From: Actinomycetes bacterium
GTDB lineage: Bacteria > Actinomycetota > Aquicultoria > Aquicultorales > Aquicultoraceae
Length of the DNA stretch: 64,000 bases
Direction of reading: 5' to 3'
NCBI GenBank assembly: GCA_021794835.1
Contig: JAJYQA010000001.1
Coordinates: 3,277-67,276 of the forward strand
The translations under genes were made by a program, and so were the position numbers. The notes beneath the pieces were generated by a model. That model was not told the origin of the DNA. It made no database searches and saw nothing but the letters and a program-made list of their open reading frames with translations. Positions 26,773 to 35,118 of this stretch are shown here, piece after piece. Numbering within the stretch: position 1 is the stretch's first letter; every line of letters starts with the position of its first letter.

Positions 26773-28090
26773 TCTCAGCCACTCTCCTTATGCCCGGTAT
26801 TCTAACCAGCAGAGCCGGGCTCTTAACCGGCCAGATTTGCGCAAGCAGTCCCAGGACAGGTCGCGTGAAAAATAGCATTGTAACAACATCCAAAACAAGT
26901 CCGATGACCAGCGTTAGCGCAAACCCTCTAACCGGGCCGATACCGATAAGGAAGAGAACCAACGCGCCAACCATTGTTACGATATCGGCATCAAGACTTG
27001 TCCTAAAACCATGCCAGAAACCTGATTCAACGGCTGTTCTAAAAGTTTTCTTGGAGCGCATTTCCTCTTTAAGCCGCTCAAAAATAATTATTTTTGAGTC
27101 GGCTGCAATGCCGATGCTGATAATTAATCCTGCAATGCCGGGTAGCGTAAGTGTCCAACCATAGGTGCGTCCGATTGTTGCGATTACGCCTCCCACTAGC
27201 GTTGCATATGCGCTCAAACCGACCCAGGTAACTATACCTAACCCCTGGTAGTAAAGCAGCATATATATAGCAACGAGTACAAATCCAATAACACCCGCCA
27301 CAACACCCGCTCTTAAAGCATCCGCGCCAAGGGTCGGCCCTACGCTCTGCGCCTCTGATATACTAAGGGTTACAGGAATTGAACCGGTGTTTAAAACAAG
27401 CGCGATTTCTTTGGCTTCACCAATTGATTTTATGTTTTGAATAACCGCCTTGCCATTAGGAATTGGCTCATTAATGGTAGGAGCTGTTATTATTTTTCCA
27501 TCAAGTATAATCGCCAGCCTTTTATGAACATTCTGCGCAGTTATCTGCGCAAATGTGTTTGCCCCCTCATTGTTAAACGATAGGTTTACCATCGGCTGTG
27601 CACCAACCTGGCCGCCGTATGTTGCCACGGCACCTGTAATCTTATCCCCAGTCAACAATACCGGGCCAACAACCGGCTTGCCTTGTTGCTTTAACGTGTT
27701 AAGTTCTTGGTCGGTATACGTATTGTACTGGTCAGACACAACCGCGAACTGCAGCACGGCGGGTTTACCTAGTATCTCCTTGGCCCTCTCAGGGTCCTTA
27801 ATCCCCGGAAGTTGAACCATGATATTGCGAGCTCCTTCGCGCTGGATCTCAGGTTCGGAAACGCCAAGTGCGTCGGCCCGCTGACGCAGGATATACTCTG
27901 CCTGTTTCATCTTGTCATTGGTAACTTTAGCTCCAGGCGTATCTTTTGCCGTATATGTAATATCAAGGCCTCCCTTTAAGTCAAGGCCCAACTTCATCGA
28001 TTTGTTTATAGGAAAAATCATGAAGATAGAGACCGCTATTAGCAGCACAAGAACGCCCAAACTGATTAGATGTTTCTGCTTATCAGCCAA
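26765..28090 (-). CDS. secD: Protein translocase subunit SecD
   Basis: 441 aa, LGLDLKGGLDITY, large periplasmic-type loop, C-terminal 5 TM with the GIAADSKIIIFERLKEE block. Confidence 0.9.
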   Translation of the reverse strand: MADKQKHLISLGVLVLLIAVSIFMIFPINKSMKLGLDLKGGLDITYTAKDTPGAKVTNDKMKQAEYILRQRADALGVSEPEIQREGARNIMVQLPGIKDPERAKEILGKPAVLQFAVVSDQYNTYTDQELNTLKQQGKPVVGPVLLTGDKITGAVATYGGQVGAQPMVNLSFNNEGANTFAQITAQNVHKRLAIILDGKIITAPTINEPIPNGKAVIQNIKSIGEAKEIALVLNTGSIPVTLSISEAQSVGPTLGADALRAGVVAGVIGFVLVAIYMLLYYQGLGIVTWVGLSAYATLVGGVIATIGRTYGWTLTLPGIAGLIISIGIAADSKIIIFERLKEEMRSKKTFRTAVESGFWHGFRTSLDADIVTMVGALVLFLIGIGPVRGFALTLVIGLVLDVVTMLFFTRPVLGLLAQIWPVKSPALLVRIPGIRRVAENA

Positions 28091-28101
28091 TTCCCTTCCC
28101 C

Positions 28102-28833
28102 CTACAATAGCTTTACGCCATTTATAACCAGACCGAACTGGCAGCCTAGAAATTCAGCCGCCCTACGGCATATTACCATACGAGACAGGAATATTTCAAA
28201 GTATTCCATAACTTGACTTATATTGGTGTCGGTGTCGATTTCAAGCTCGATCAGCTTCCGGTCTTCATCAACCTTTAAAAACGATCTTTGCGCCGCAAGA
28301 TTTACCCGGTCGTGAATGTCGGTTGTAAGCGGATTTGGCGTACGAACTCGGCTGCGGTGAACATCGGTTTTATCCGCAAGGATTACCGCAGCACCGATCG
28401 GGCTGGTGGCCATTCCATATTCTTCTTCATGATTGCCGATTGCGTTCATTGCTAAAATCATTTCCTCAGGAGCCATCCCAAGGCGGGTAAATATAGATTG
28501 AGCCATCATCGCTGCCGAGACCGCATGAAAACTCCTGCCAACGGAGTTGCCGATATCATGTAAATACCCGGCCATTCCCGCCAGTTCGGCCTCGCGCTCT
28601 GGATATCCTAGCCGCTTAAGAACGTTCATTGCAATATGTGAGACCAAATCAGCATGTCGAAAGCCATGCTCTGTAAACCCAATTGCCTCCATGTGCTTAT
28701 CCGCTTGTGCGATATAAGCCTTTACGTAGGGGTCCTCCTTCAGTTCTTCCAACGTTACCGGCATACTTGCTTGCTCCGTTTCTAAGAGTTTTTCTGCAGC
28801 TACGACAAATGCCTTTGTGGCCACTTTTGTCAT
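28102..28833 (-). CDS. HD-domain metal-dependent phosphohydrolase
   Basis: 243 aa with H..HD signature (HGFRHADLVSH ... YLHDIGNS). Confidence 0.7.
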   Translation of the reverse strand: MTKVATKAFVVAAEKLLETEQASMPVTLEELKEDPYVKAYIAQADKHMEAIGFTEHGFRHADLVSHIAMNVLKRLGYPEREAELAGMAGYLHDIGNSVGRSFHAVSAAMMAQSIFTRLGMAPEEMILAMNAIGNHEEEYGMATSPIGAAVILADKTDVHRSRVRTPNPLTTDIHDRVNLAAQRSFLKVDEDRKLIELEIDTDTNISQVMEYFEIFLSRMVICRRAAEFLGCQFGLVINGVKLL

Positions 28834-28930
28834 TATACTATTTAAAGTATTTATTGTCAGCGAATTTTAAAGTGTGATGAAGCTTAACAACCGGTTAATA
28901 GGTAATATATCTTGCCTGGTACTGCGCCTA

Positions 28931-29998
28931 TTACCTAACTCTTAGGTAGCATCCAGAGAGATCCTTTTTGATAAAACCGGATATCTCAAGAGAAAGTAGA
29001 AGTGCCGCTACTATAGCAACGCTTTCGTTTGTGTCGCGTAGGATCTCATCCATTCTTTTGGCTTCCCAACCAAGATTATCCAAGAGGGCTATTTCGCGCT
29101 GGCTTAGGTTATATTGTTTGAGCCTTGTAGACCGCTCTATCCCCAGGATGTCTAGGATATCGTCCGCTGATTCTACCAGAAAAGCCCCCTGTTTTATTAG
29201 CTTGTTTGCACCTCGGCTATTTTGCTGTTTACTGTTTCCCGGGACGGCAAATACATCGCGCCCGTACTCAAGAGCAAAATCGGCTGTGATAAGGGCTCCA
29301 CTTCGCTCGCCTGCTTCAACCACGACAATCCCCTGGCACATTCCGGCAACAATCCTGTTTCTCGCCGGAAAATTCATGGGGAGTGGCGCCGTGCCGGGCG
29401 GATACTCGGATATCAAAGCACCATGCTGCTCTATTTCCCTAAACAACTTTCTATTTTCTGGCGGGTAAATAACGTCTAAGCCGCAGCCAAGGATGCCAAA
29501 TGTTATACCACCCGCCTCAACCGCACCCCAGTGGGCAGCAGTATCAATTCCCCTGGCCGCACCCGAGACAACGGCAACTCCTTCTTGGCCCAAGGCTTCT
29601 GCTATTTCAAAGGAGAACGCCTTGCCCAAAGCGGTCGCTCGCCTTGACCCGACTATGGCAACAGCATGATCGTAGCCTTGTAGCTTTCCTTTAACCAATA
29701 TTGCCCTTGGATAGTTTATTGCCTGTTTTAGAAGCCAGGGGTACTCATCATCACCATCGGTCACAATCCTTATTCCGGCCTTACCAAGCTTGCTGTATTC
29801 TTCATCCAGGTCAAGTGAGTTCCTAAAGGCAACCGTCTGGTGAGCGACATTGGCGGACAACCCCAGATCAGTTAGTTCCTTTGCGGTTGCTTCCCATAGC
29901 TCACATGGCCCCCCTGCCGCCTCGGCAAGAACATATTGTCTATAACGGAGGGCCGGTGCCATCTTAATCCCCAGCCAGTATTTACGTACATCCTTCAC
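28931..29998 (-). CDS. dprA: DNA-processing protein DprA (Smf)
   Basis: 355 aa, Rossmann-like DprA core (VAIVGSRRAT, SGAARGIDTAAH, FPARNRIVAG). Confidence 0.9.
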   Translation of the reverse strand: MKDVRKYWLGIKMAPALRYRQYVLAEAAGGPCELWEATAKELTDLGLSANVAHQTVAFRNSLDLDEEYSKLGKAGIRIVTDGDDEYPWLLKQAINYPRAILVKGKLQGYDHAVAIVGSRRATALGKAFSFEIAEALGQEGVAVVSGAARGIDTAAHWGAVEAGGITFGILGCGLDVIYPPENRKLFREIEQHGALISEYPPGTAPLPMNFPARNRIVAGMCQGIVVVEAGERSGALITADFALEYGRDVFAVPGNSKQQNSRGANKLIKQGAFLVESADDILDILGIERSTRLKQYNLSQREIALLDNLGWEAKRMDEILRDTNESVAIVAALLLSLEISGFIKKDLSGCYLRVR

Positions 29999-30160
29999 CT
30001 TTTACCTCGCAATAGCTCACAGCCCTCAGCTGACAGCTCACAGTATGAAAGCAAGAGATGTGGGCAATAACTTTTGATTATACTATTGAGATTCTTCGAC
30101 TACGGCCCTCCGTTCCACTACGGCCCTTCGCTCCTATAAGAATGACTTCTTTCTATTATC

Positions 30161-30243
30161 TATTCACCCGCTCACCGATTCACCAGTTCTTTAATTCGAC
30201 ATTTAAAAATTCGCCAATCGAAAATCATAAATCGACAATCCCT
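30161..30243 (-). repeat. R2 intergenic repeat, copy B
   Basis: Minus strand TAGGGATTGTCGATTTATGATTTTCGATTGGCGAATTTTTAAATGTCGAATTAAAGAACT GGTGAATC GGTGAGCG GGTGAATA. The first TAG is the comM stop. Confidence 0.8.
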
Positions 30244-31801
30244 AAAAATATTGCCTATCCATCGTCCGGTACTGTACGGCCTCGGCGATATTCTCAACTT
30301 CTATTCTGTTCTGTCCGGCAAGGTCGGCAATGGTGCGTGCAACCTTTAGAACCCTCTCAAAGGCCCTACCGCTTAATCCCAGTTTATCAATCGACGCTTC
30401 TAAGAAAGAAGATGCCTGCGGCGTCAAACTGCAGAACTCCTTTACCTCCCGTGCTTTCATTTGGGAGTTTGTTAAAATAGATCGCCCGTGCCCGTCGCCT
30501 TGCTTAATCTTTTCATTCAACGCGTTAAACCGATTGGCTTGAATCGCCCTTGTCATCTCTATCCTATCCTTTATGGTCGCAGACTTTTCACCCTCTTGTG
30601 ATTTTAAAAGCTCTTCCTTAGTTAGTCTTGGTACCTCAACATGAATGTCTATCCTGTCTAATAGGGGACCCGATATCCTTCCTCTGTATCGTTGGATAGA
30701 ATGGGGATTACAGATACATTGCTTTACCCTGTCGCCAAGCTGGCCACACGGGCAGGGGTTCATGGCACCGACCAGCATAAATCTTGCGGGATAGGTGAGC
30801 GAGCCCGCTGCCCTTGATATGGTTACTCTGCCCTCTTCTAAGGGCTGTCTTAAAACCTGCAAAACGCTTTTTGCAAATTCGGGAAATTCGTCTAAGAAAA
30901 GAACTCCGTTATGTGCCAAAGACACCTCGCCCGGCCTGGGATAGCTGCCGCCACCGATTAGCCCGGCATGGCTAATAGTGTGATGGGGCTCTCGAAACGG
31001 TCGACTGGTTATTAAGGACTCGCCTGATCTTAGCATTCCGGCCACCGAGTACACCTTGGTAACTTCGATCGCCTCATCAAGAGTAAGTTTGGGGAGAATA
31101 GATGGTAAACGAGATGCCAGCATGGTTTTACCCGACCCTGGCGGTCCAATCAAAAGGATGTTATGCCCCCCTGCCGACGCCACCTCTAGCGCCCTTTTGA
31201 CATAACCCTGTCCTTTTACTTCTGAGAAATCGGGTTCTAAATGGCCGTTTTCGGTTATATTTATCGATCTCACCTTTGGTTCGATATCCTCTCTGCCCTT
31301 TATGAAATCTACAACCTGGTTCAGGTTAGAAACCGGCAAAACATCTATCCCGTCGACTATCGCGGCCTCTGAAGCGTTGTCCTGCGGCAGAATTACACCT
31401 TTTTTGCCGAGATTTCTCGCACAAATGGCAATTAAAAGTGCCCCGTTTATTCGTCTTATCTCACCGGTAAGCGAGAGCTCCCCGGCAACGATGTAGTCCT
31501 GCAACTTGTCCTGGGGGATCTGCTCGGTGGCAGCCATAATTCCAAGCGCAATAGGTAAATCGAAGACGGGGCCTTCCTTTTTTATATCCGCAGGGGCAAG
31601 GTTTACGGTAATCCTTCTTAATGGAAACTCGTATTCCGAATTTAAAATACCGCTTTTAACGCGCTCTTTGGACTCTTTCACCGCAGTATCCGCCAGTCCC
31701 ACAATGTTAATCATCGGGACTCCCAGAAAAATATCGACTTCTACATCTATCAGGCTTGCATCCATACCGATAACGCTAGCGGATAGCACCTTTGCAAGCA
31801 T
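30242..31801 (-). CDS. comM: YifB/ComM family Mg-chelatase-like AAA+ ATPase
   Basis: 519 aa: Lon-like N-domain, Walker A GPPGSGKT, the FLDEFPEF box, and a C-terminal Mg-chelatase subunit ChlI-like region. Confidence 0.9.
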   Translation of the reverse strand: MLAKVLSASVIGMDASLIDVEVDIFLGVPMINIVGLADTAVKESKERVKSGILNSEYEFPLRRITVNLAPADIKKEGPVFDLPIALGIMAATEQIPQDKLQDYIVAGELSLTGEIRRINGALLIAICARNLGKKGVILPQDNASEAAIVDGIDVLPVSNLNQVVDFIKGREDIEPKVRSINITENGHLEPDFSEVKGQGYVKRALEVASAGGHNILLIGPPGSGKTMLASRLPSILPKLTLDEAIEVTKVYSVAGMLRSGESLITSRPFREPHHTISHAGLIGGGSYPRPGEVSLAHNGVLFLDEFPEFAKSVLQVLRQPLEEGRVTISRAAGSLTYPARFMLVGAMNPCPCGQLGDRVKQCICNPHSIQRYRGRISGPLLDRIDIHVEVPRLTKEELLKSQEGEKSATIKDRIEMTRAIQANRFNALNEKIKQGDGHGRSILTNSQMKAREVKEFCSLTPQASSFLEASIDKLGLSGRAFERVLKVARTIADLAGQNRIEVENIAEAVQYRTMDRQYF

Positions 31802-31933
31802 TCGCCCTCCTGTTTATGCATTTGTGCTTATGGTAATTATATTATCTATTGTGCGGTTACCTGGCAAGCCAATTTTTATTCAAACCCTAAACTTTTCTAC
31901 GTATTTGTCGATAAGATAAGTAATTGCATCCCT

Positions 31934-32008
31934 AAAAAGACTGAGAATAACATAGCTTACGCTATGCGGCCTATAGTTATAGATTAAGATTAGGCCCTCA
32001 GTCTTTTT
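31934..32008. terminator. 75-nt three-way-junction hairpin flanked by A5/T5 (bidirectional terminator-like)
   Basis: Outer 12-bp stem AAAAAGACTGAG (31934-45) / CTCAGTCTTTTT (31997-32008) encloses hairpins CATAGC-TTAC-GCTATG (31951-66) and GGCCTA..TAGGCC (31968-96). Confidence 0.45.
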
Positions 32009-32145
32009 ATTTGAGGAAGTTTTAAGAACTTTAGAGAAAATTACAAAATGCTAAAGTTTTGCCGACGGGCGACGATATATTTAGTAATCAAATCAATCCC
32101 TTCAAATTTAAAAGGTTGCCAATAGGGCGGCCTTTTAAATTTGTT

Positions 32146-32427
32146 TTAAAACGCTATTGCTTCAATATACTCGATCGACACGGCAATATATTTATGGGGC
32201 AATCCCGATACGTGCTCTTCCGCTGCTTCTGCAATCGACGGCGTTGCTATGAGCTCACGAGGCTCTGTCTCCCCTAGCTCCATGACCCTCGGGTCGGCCA
32301 ACATGAGAGTAGTTACATTTATTCGCCCAACCCTTCCGATATACATACGGTTTCTGGTAAAAACAGTGGCCTCCAATCCTGACAAGCCCTGAGATTCAAT
32401 TATCTCACGAAGTTCGCTTACGGTCAT
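32146..32427 (-). CDS. Hypothetical 93-aa protein (possibly Sm-like beta-barrel)
   Basis: Strong SD (AGGAGGTTAT-ATG). TVFTRNRMYIGRVGRINVTTLMLADPRVME resembles an Sm1-type strand pattern. No family assigned. Confidence 0.55.
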   Translation of the reverse strand: MTVSELREIIESQGLSGLEATVFTRNRMYIGRVGRINVTTLMLADPRVMELGETEPRELIATPSIAEAAEEHVSGLPHKYIAVSIEYIEAIAF

Positions 32428-32606
32428 ATAACCTCCTAAATGATAGCTTCCCTTAATAAATACCCGATTTGGCTAGACTGCGAAACAAATGGGTTGCAAC
32501 GCAGCTGCGATGTTTTTCTAAAACATTTTAGCGACTTTCTACTTAATTTTTGGTACTGCTTCGTGTAGGATTATGTTGTACACATTTGGATTTGAGACCG
32601 TTTTCT

Positions 32607-32646
32607 TTATGACGCAAGAAGCTAATTTATGACGCAAGAAGCTAAT
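32607..32646 (+). repeat. Perfect 20-bp tandem duplication spanning the USP start codon
   Basis: TTATGACGCAAGAAGCTAAT x2 (32607-26, 32627-46). Creates a 7-codon uORF MTQEANL* whose TGA overlaps the main ATG. Confidence 0.95.
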
Positions 32647-33105
32647 AATTCAGAACTCAAGAGTCTAAAGAATGTAGATGTCCAGATCAAAAAGATCCTT
32701 CTGGCAACGGACGGTTCCATACCTGCAATTCAAGCCACTGAATACTCCGTTGCGCTTGCCAAGGTTATGGGTGCAAAAATTAAGGCCGTATTCGTAGAAT
32801 CAGACGACGGCATTTTTACAGACGGCATTATAGACAAAGAATCTCTAAAAGAATCCCACCCCAGTTCAGCAGGTCTAGAAGTTGCTCAACTGTACGCCAA
32901 GAAAAATAACGTTGTTTGTGAAACGGTAGTGATAAGAGGCAGCATCGTCAAAGCGATTATTAAAGCCGCTGAGGATTATGGCGCTAACATAATCATCGTG
33001 GGCAATACCGGGCGTACGGGCCTCCGCCGAGTTGCGCTTGGAAGTGTCGCGGAGGCAGTTGTAAAGAATTCTCGTATTCCGGTCCTTGTCCTTAAGGCTA
33101 ATTAG
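32629..33105 (+). CDS. Universal stress protein (single USP domain)
   Basis: 158 aa, KILLATDGS ... IIIVGNTGRTGLRRVALGSVAEAVVKNSRIPVLVL (ATP-binding G-2x-G-9x-GS motif). Confidence 0.85.
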   Translation: MTQEANNSELKSLKNVDVQIKKILLATDGSIPAIQATEYSVALAKVMGAKIKAVFVESDDGIFTDGIIDKESLKESHPSSAGLEVAQLYAKKNNVVCETVVIRGSIVKAIIKAAEDYGANIIIVGNTGRTGLRRVALGSVAEAVVKNSRIPVLVLKAN

Positions 33106-33232
33106 GCCCTAAGCAGCCACTCTTTAACTGCAAAATTTCGTAATTGGCAGATTTGATTCCGCATAACCGCTATATTGACCCACTTAACCTCATCATGTGC
33201 CGTTTACGACTTTTTACTATCACCGTTACTCT

Positions 33233-33266
33233 TAAAGTATTAATCTTTATAAAGTATTAATCTTTA
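33233..33266 (+). repeat. Perfect 17-bp tandem duplication upstream of the second USP gene
   Basis: TAAAGTATTAATCTTTA x2 (33233-49, 33250-66), 64 nt before the TTG start. Confidence 0.95.
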
Positions 33267-33329
33267 CTTGGTTGGCTAAGCGTCATTTTAGATAAATGTC
33301 TTCATATCTATAAAAGCGGAGGCTATCTC

Positions 33330-33827
33330 TTGGCGCAGAGAACGTTAAATCCGGCGGAAGGCTTTAGGCCAACTGATGCACAAGAGTTATATATAGACCT
33401 AAGAAAGATACTTTTGGCAACTGATGGGTCCCGGTCGGCGTTAATTGCCACAAAATATGCAATCGGACTTGCTAAGATATTTAAAGCTCAGATTAGGGCG
33501 GTTTTTGTCTGTGGAAACAATGCAGTGCCCAACCAACCAGTCGATAAAATTAGCGAATGTCTTAAAGCAAGTGCTAGTGACGAGCCGGGTTATCATGGGC
33601 TAATCGTAGCAGGGGCATACGCCCAGGAAAATAATGTAACCTGTGAGGAAATAGTATTAAGGGGTAATACCGCTAAGAAGATCATTGAGAGCGGTCGGGA
33701 ATTTATGCCTGACTTGATTATAATTGGAAACTCCAAGAAATCTGGGATAAGGCGAACGCTAGGAAGCGTAGCTGATGCAGTAATAAAAGGAACCGATATT
33801 CCAGTTCTGGTAATTAGAGATGTTTAA
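33330..33827 (+). CDS. Universal stress protein (single USP domain)
   Basis: 165 aa, KILLATDGS ... LIIIGNSKKSGIRRTLGSVADAVIKGTDIPVLVI. TTG start 8 nt after GCGGAGG. Confidence 0.85.
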   Translation: MAQRTLNPAEGFRPTDAQELYIDLRKILLATDGSRSALIATKYAIGLAKIFKAQIRAVFVCGNNAVPNQPVDKISECLKASASDEPGYHGLIVAGAYAQENNVTCEEIVLRGNTAKKIIESGREFMPDLIIIGNSKKSGIRRTLGSVADAVIKGTDIPVLVIRDV

Positions 33828-33847
33828 TAACTTAATAATGTGGATAG

Positions 33848-33975
33848 TGGGCAGGCGCTTACTTCCAATGTAGGCTTTTCAGCCAGCAAAATGCTTTTTT
33901 CTGTACCTTAAGACTAGCTCCCGATAGACCCTTAAGGATCCCCTTTATAAAAACTGTGCCTGCCCATTTCTTTTT
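33848..33975 (+). terminator. Long-range 9-bp helix plus T-run after the USP gene (complex terminator or structured RNA)
   Basis: TGGGCAGGC (33848-56) pairs with GCCTGCCCA (33958-66), followed by TTTCTTTTTGTTT. The enclosed 101 nt contains a CCTTAAG / CTTAAGG pairing. Confidence 0.35.
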
Positions 33976-33987
33976 GTTTAAAATCAG

Positions 33988-34335
33988 CTAAAAAGCGTTC
34001 TCGATATGCTCTAACTTAAACGTGGGACCCTTTGATAAGATGGAAATTACGTCAAAGCGTACGGAATCAAACTCATTGGGATTTTTTAGTGCAGCAAGAT
34101 ACAGCTCGGCTACCCTTCTTATTCTTCTCTGCTTAGACCCAGTTACCGCCTCGATAGGGTGGCCGTAGGGTTGGCCGATTCTTGTTTTTACCTCACAAAA
34201 TACAAGCGTCTTGCCTTCTCTGGCGACTATGTCGATTTCTCCAAGCTTGGTGCGAAAATTTCGCTTTATTACCCGGTAGCCTTTTCGTTTTAGATGAAGA
34301 GCGGCCATGTCTTCGCCAGTTTCCCAAAGTACCAT
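33988..34335 (-). CDS. yraN: YraN family (UPF0102) endonuclease-like protein
   Basis: 115 aa, GEIDIVAREGKTLVFCEVKTR is the family core. Confidence 0.85.
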   Translation of the reverse strand: MVLWETGEDMAALHLKRKGYRVIKRNFRTKLGEIDIVAREGKTLVFCEVKTRIGQPYGHPIEAVTGSKQRRIRRVAELYLAALKNPNEFDSVRFDVISILSKGPTFKLEHIENAF

Positions 34336-34360
34336 TTTCCCCCCGAATAGGCTAACTAGC

Positions 34361-35059
34361 CTAGACTTGTAAGAGGTTCTTAATCTTTTTCTTGAGAAGA
34401 AGCTCTCTTAGTTGGTCTGCAAGATCGTTTAAGTTCTCAAGTTCTTCTTTTACCCGTACGTTCTTATCGTCGCTTTTCTGCCTAGTGATTGGATAAAGTA
34501 TCTGCTGGAAAAGAGCCGCTTCTTTTTCAGCATGGGTTAGATACATGCGCAGATGACGCGGTTCGATGCCGTATTTCGACATTTCTCTTGCAGCCACCAT
34601 TATTTTTATATCGCCGGACGTATAACATTTGCCTCCAGGAGTTCTTACTGGCTGGACTATTCCAAAGTTCTCAAGCATCCTAGCGGTCTCTGGCGCTATT
34701 CCGATACTGCTTATAGCTTTCTCGGTCGGGATAGGCTCGTCGTCGCCGTTAATGCTGATGCTCTCCACATCTTTGGAAATTTGCCTTACATACGATGTCA
34801 CTTGCCCCATATCCAGCATGTCAAGGTTTTGCCTGATGACATCAAGGGGAAGGTACTTTTCTTTTTGGAGGCGTAGTGCTAGGTCAAGCCTATCGATATC
34901 CTCTTTTCTAAATTTACGATAACCGCCGGCTGTTCGCTCGGGTTTAATAAGCTTTTCCTCTTCATAATAGCGGATTTTGCTGATTGACAGATCAGGGTAC
35001 CGCTCCTTAAGCTGATCGACAACTTCACCTATGGTTAAGTAATCCCTTTTCAGCGGCAC
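34361..35059 (-). CDS. MerR family transcriptional regulator (Rv1828-like)
   Basis: 232 aa, N-terminal MerR HTH (LTIGEVVDQL..ISKIRYYEEEKLIKPERTAGGYRKF) plus a C-terminal dimerisation-type domain; adjacent to the FHA gene. Confidence 0.85.
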   Translation of the reverse strand: MPLKRDYLTIGEVVDQLKERYPDLSISKIRYYEEEKLIKPERTAGGYRKFRKEDIDRLDLALRLQKEKYLPLDVIRQNLDMLDMGQVTSYVRQISKDVESISINGDDEPIPTEKAISSIGIAPETARMLENFGIVQPVRTPGGKCYTSGDIKIMVAAREMSKYGIEPRHLRMYLTHAEKEAALFQQILYPITRQKSDDKNVRVKEELENLNDLADQLRELLLKKKIKNLLQV

Positions 35060-35118
35060 ATCGATCCTCCTTCACTTAAAAGAAACTAAATAAAAAAATC
35101 GGCCAATATCCTACTTAA

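Noticed and set aside
30058-30480. 140-aa plus-strand ORF spanning the dprA-comM spacer.
   Set aside because: It is built from the repeat mosaic (tandem ACTACGGCCCT units and the R2 copy) and then runs antisense into comM. It has no SD and a repeat-driven composition.
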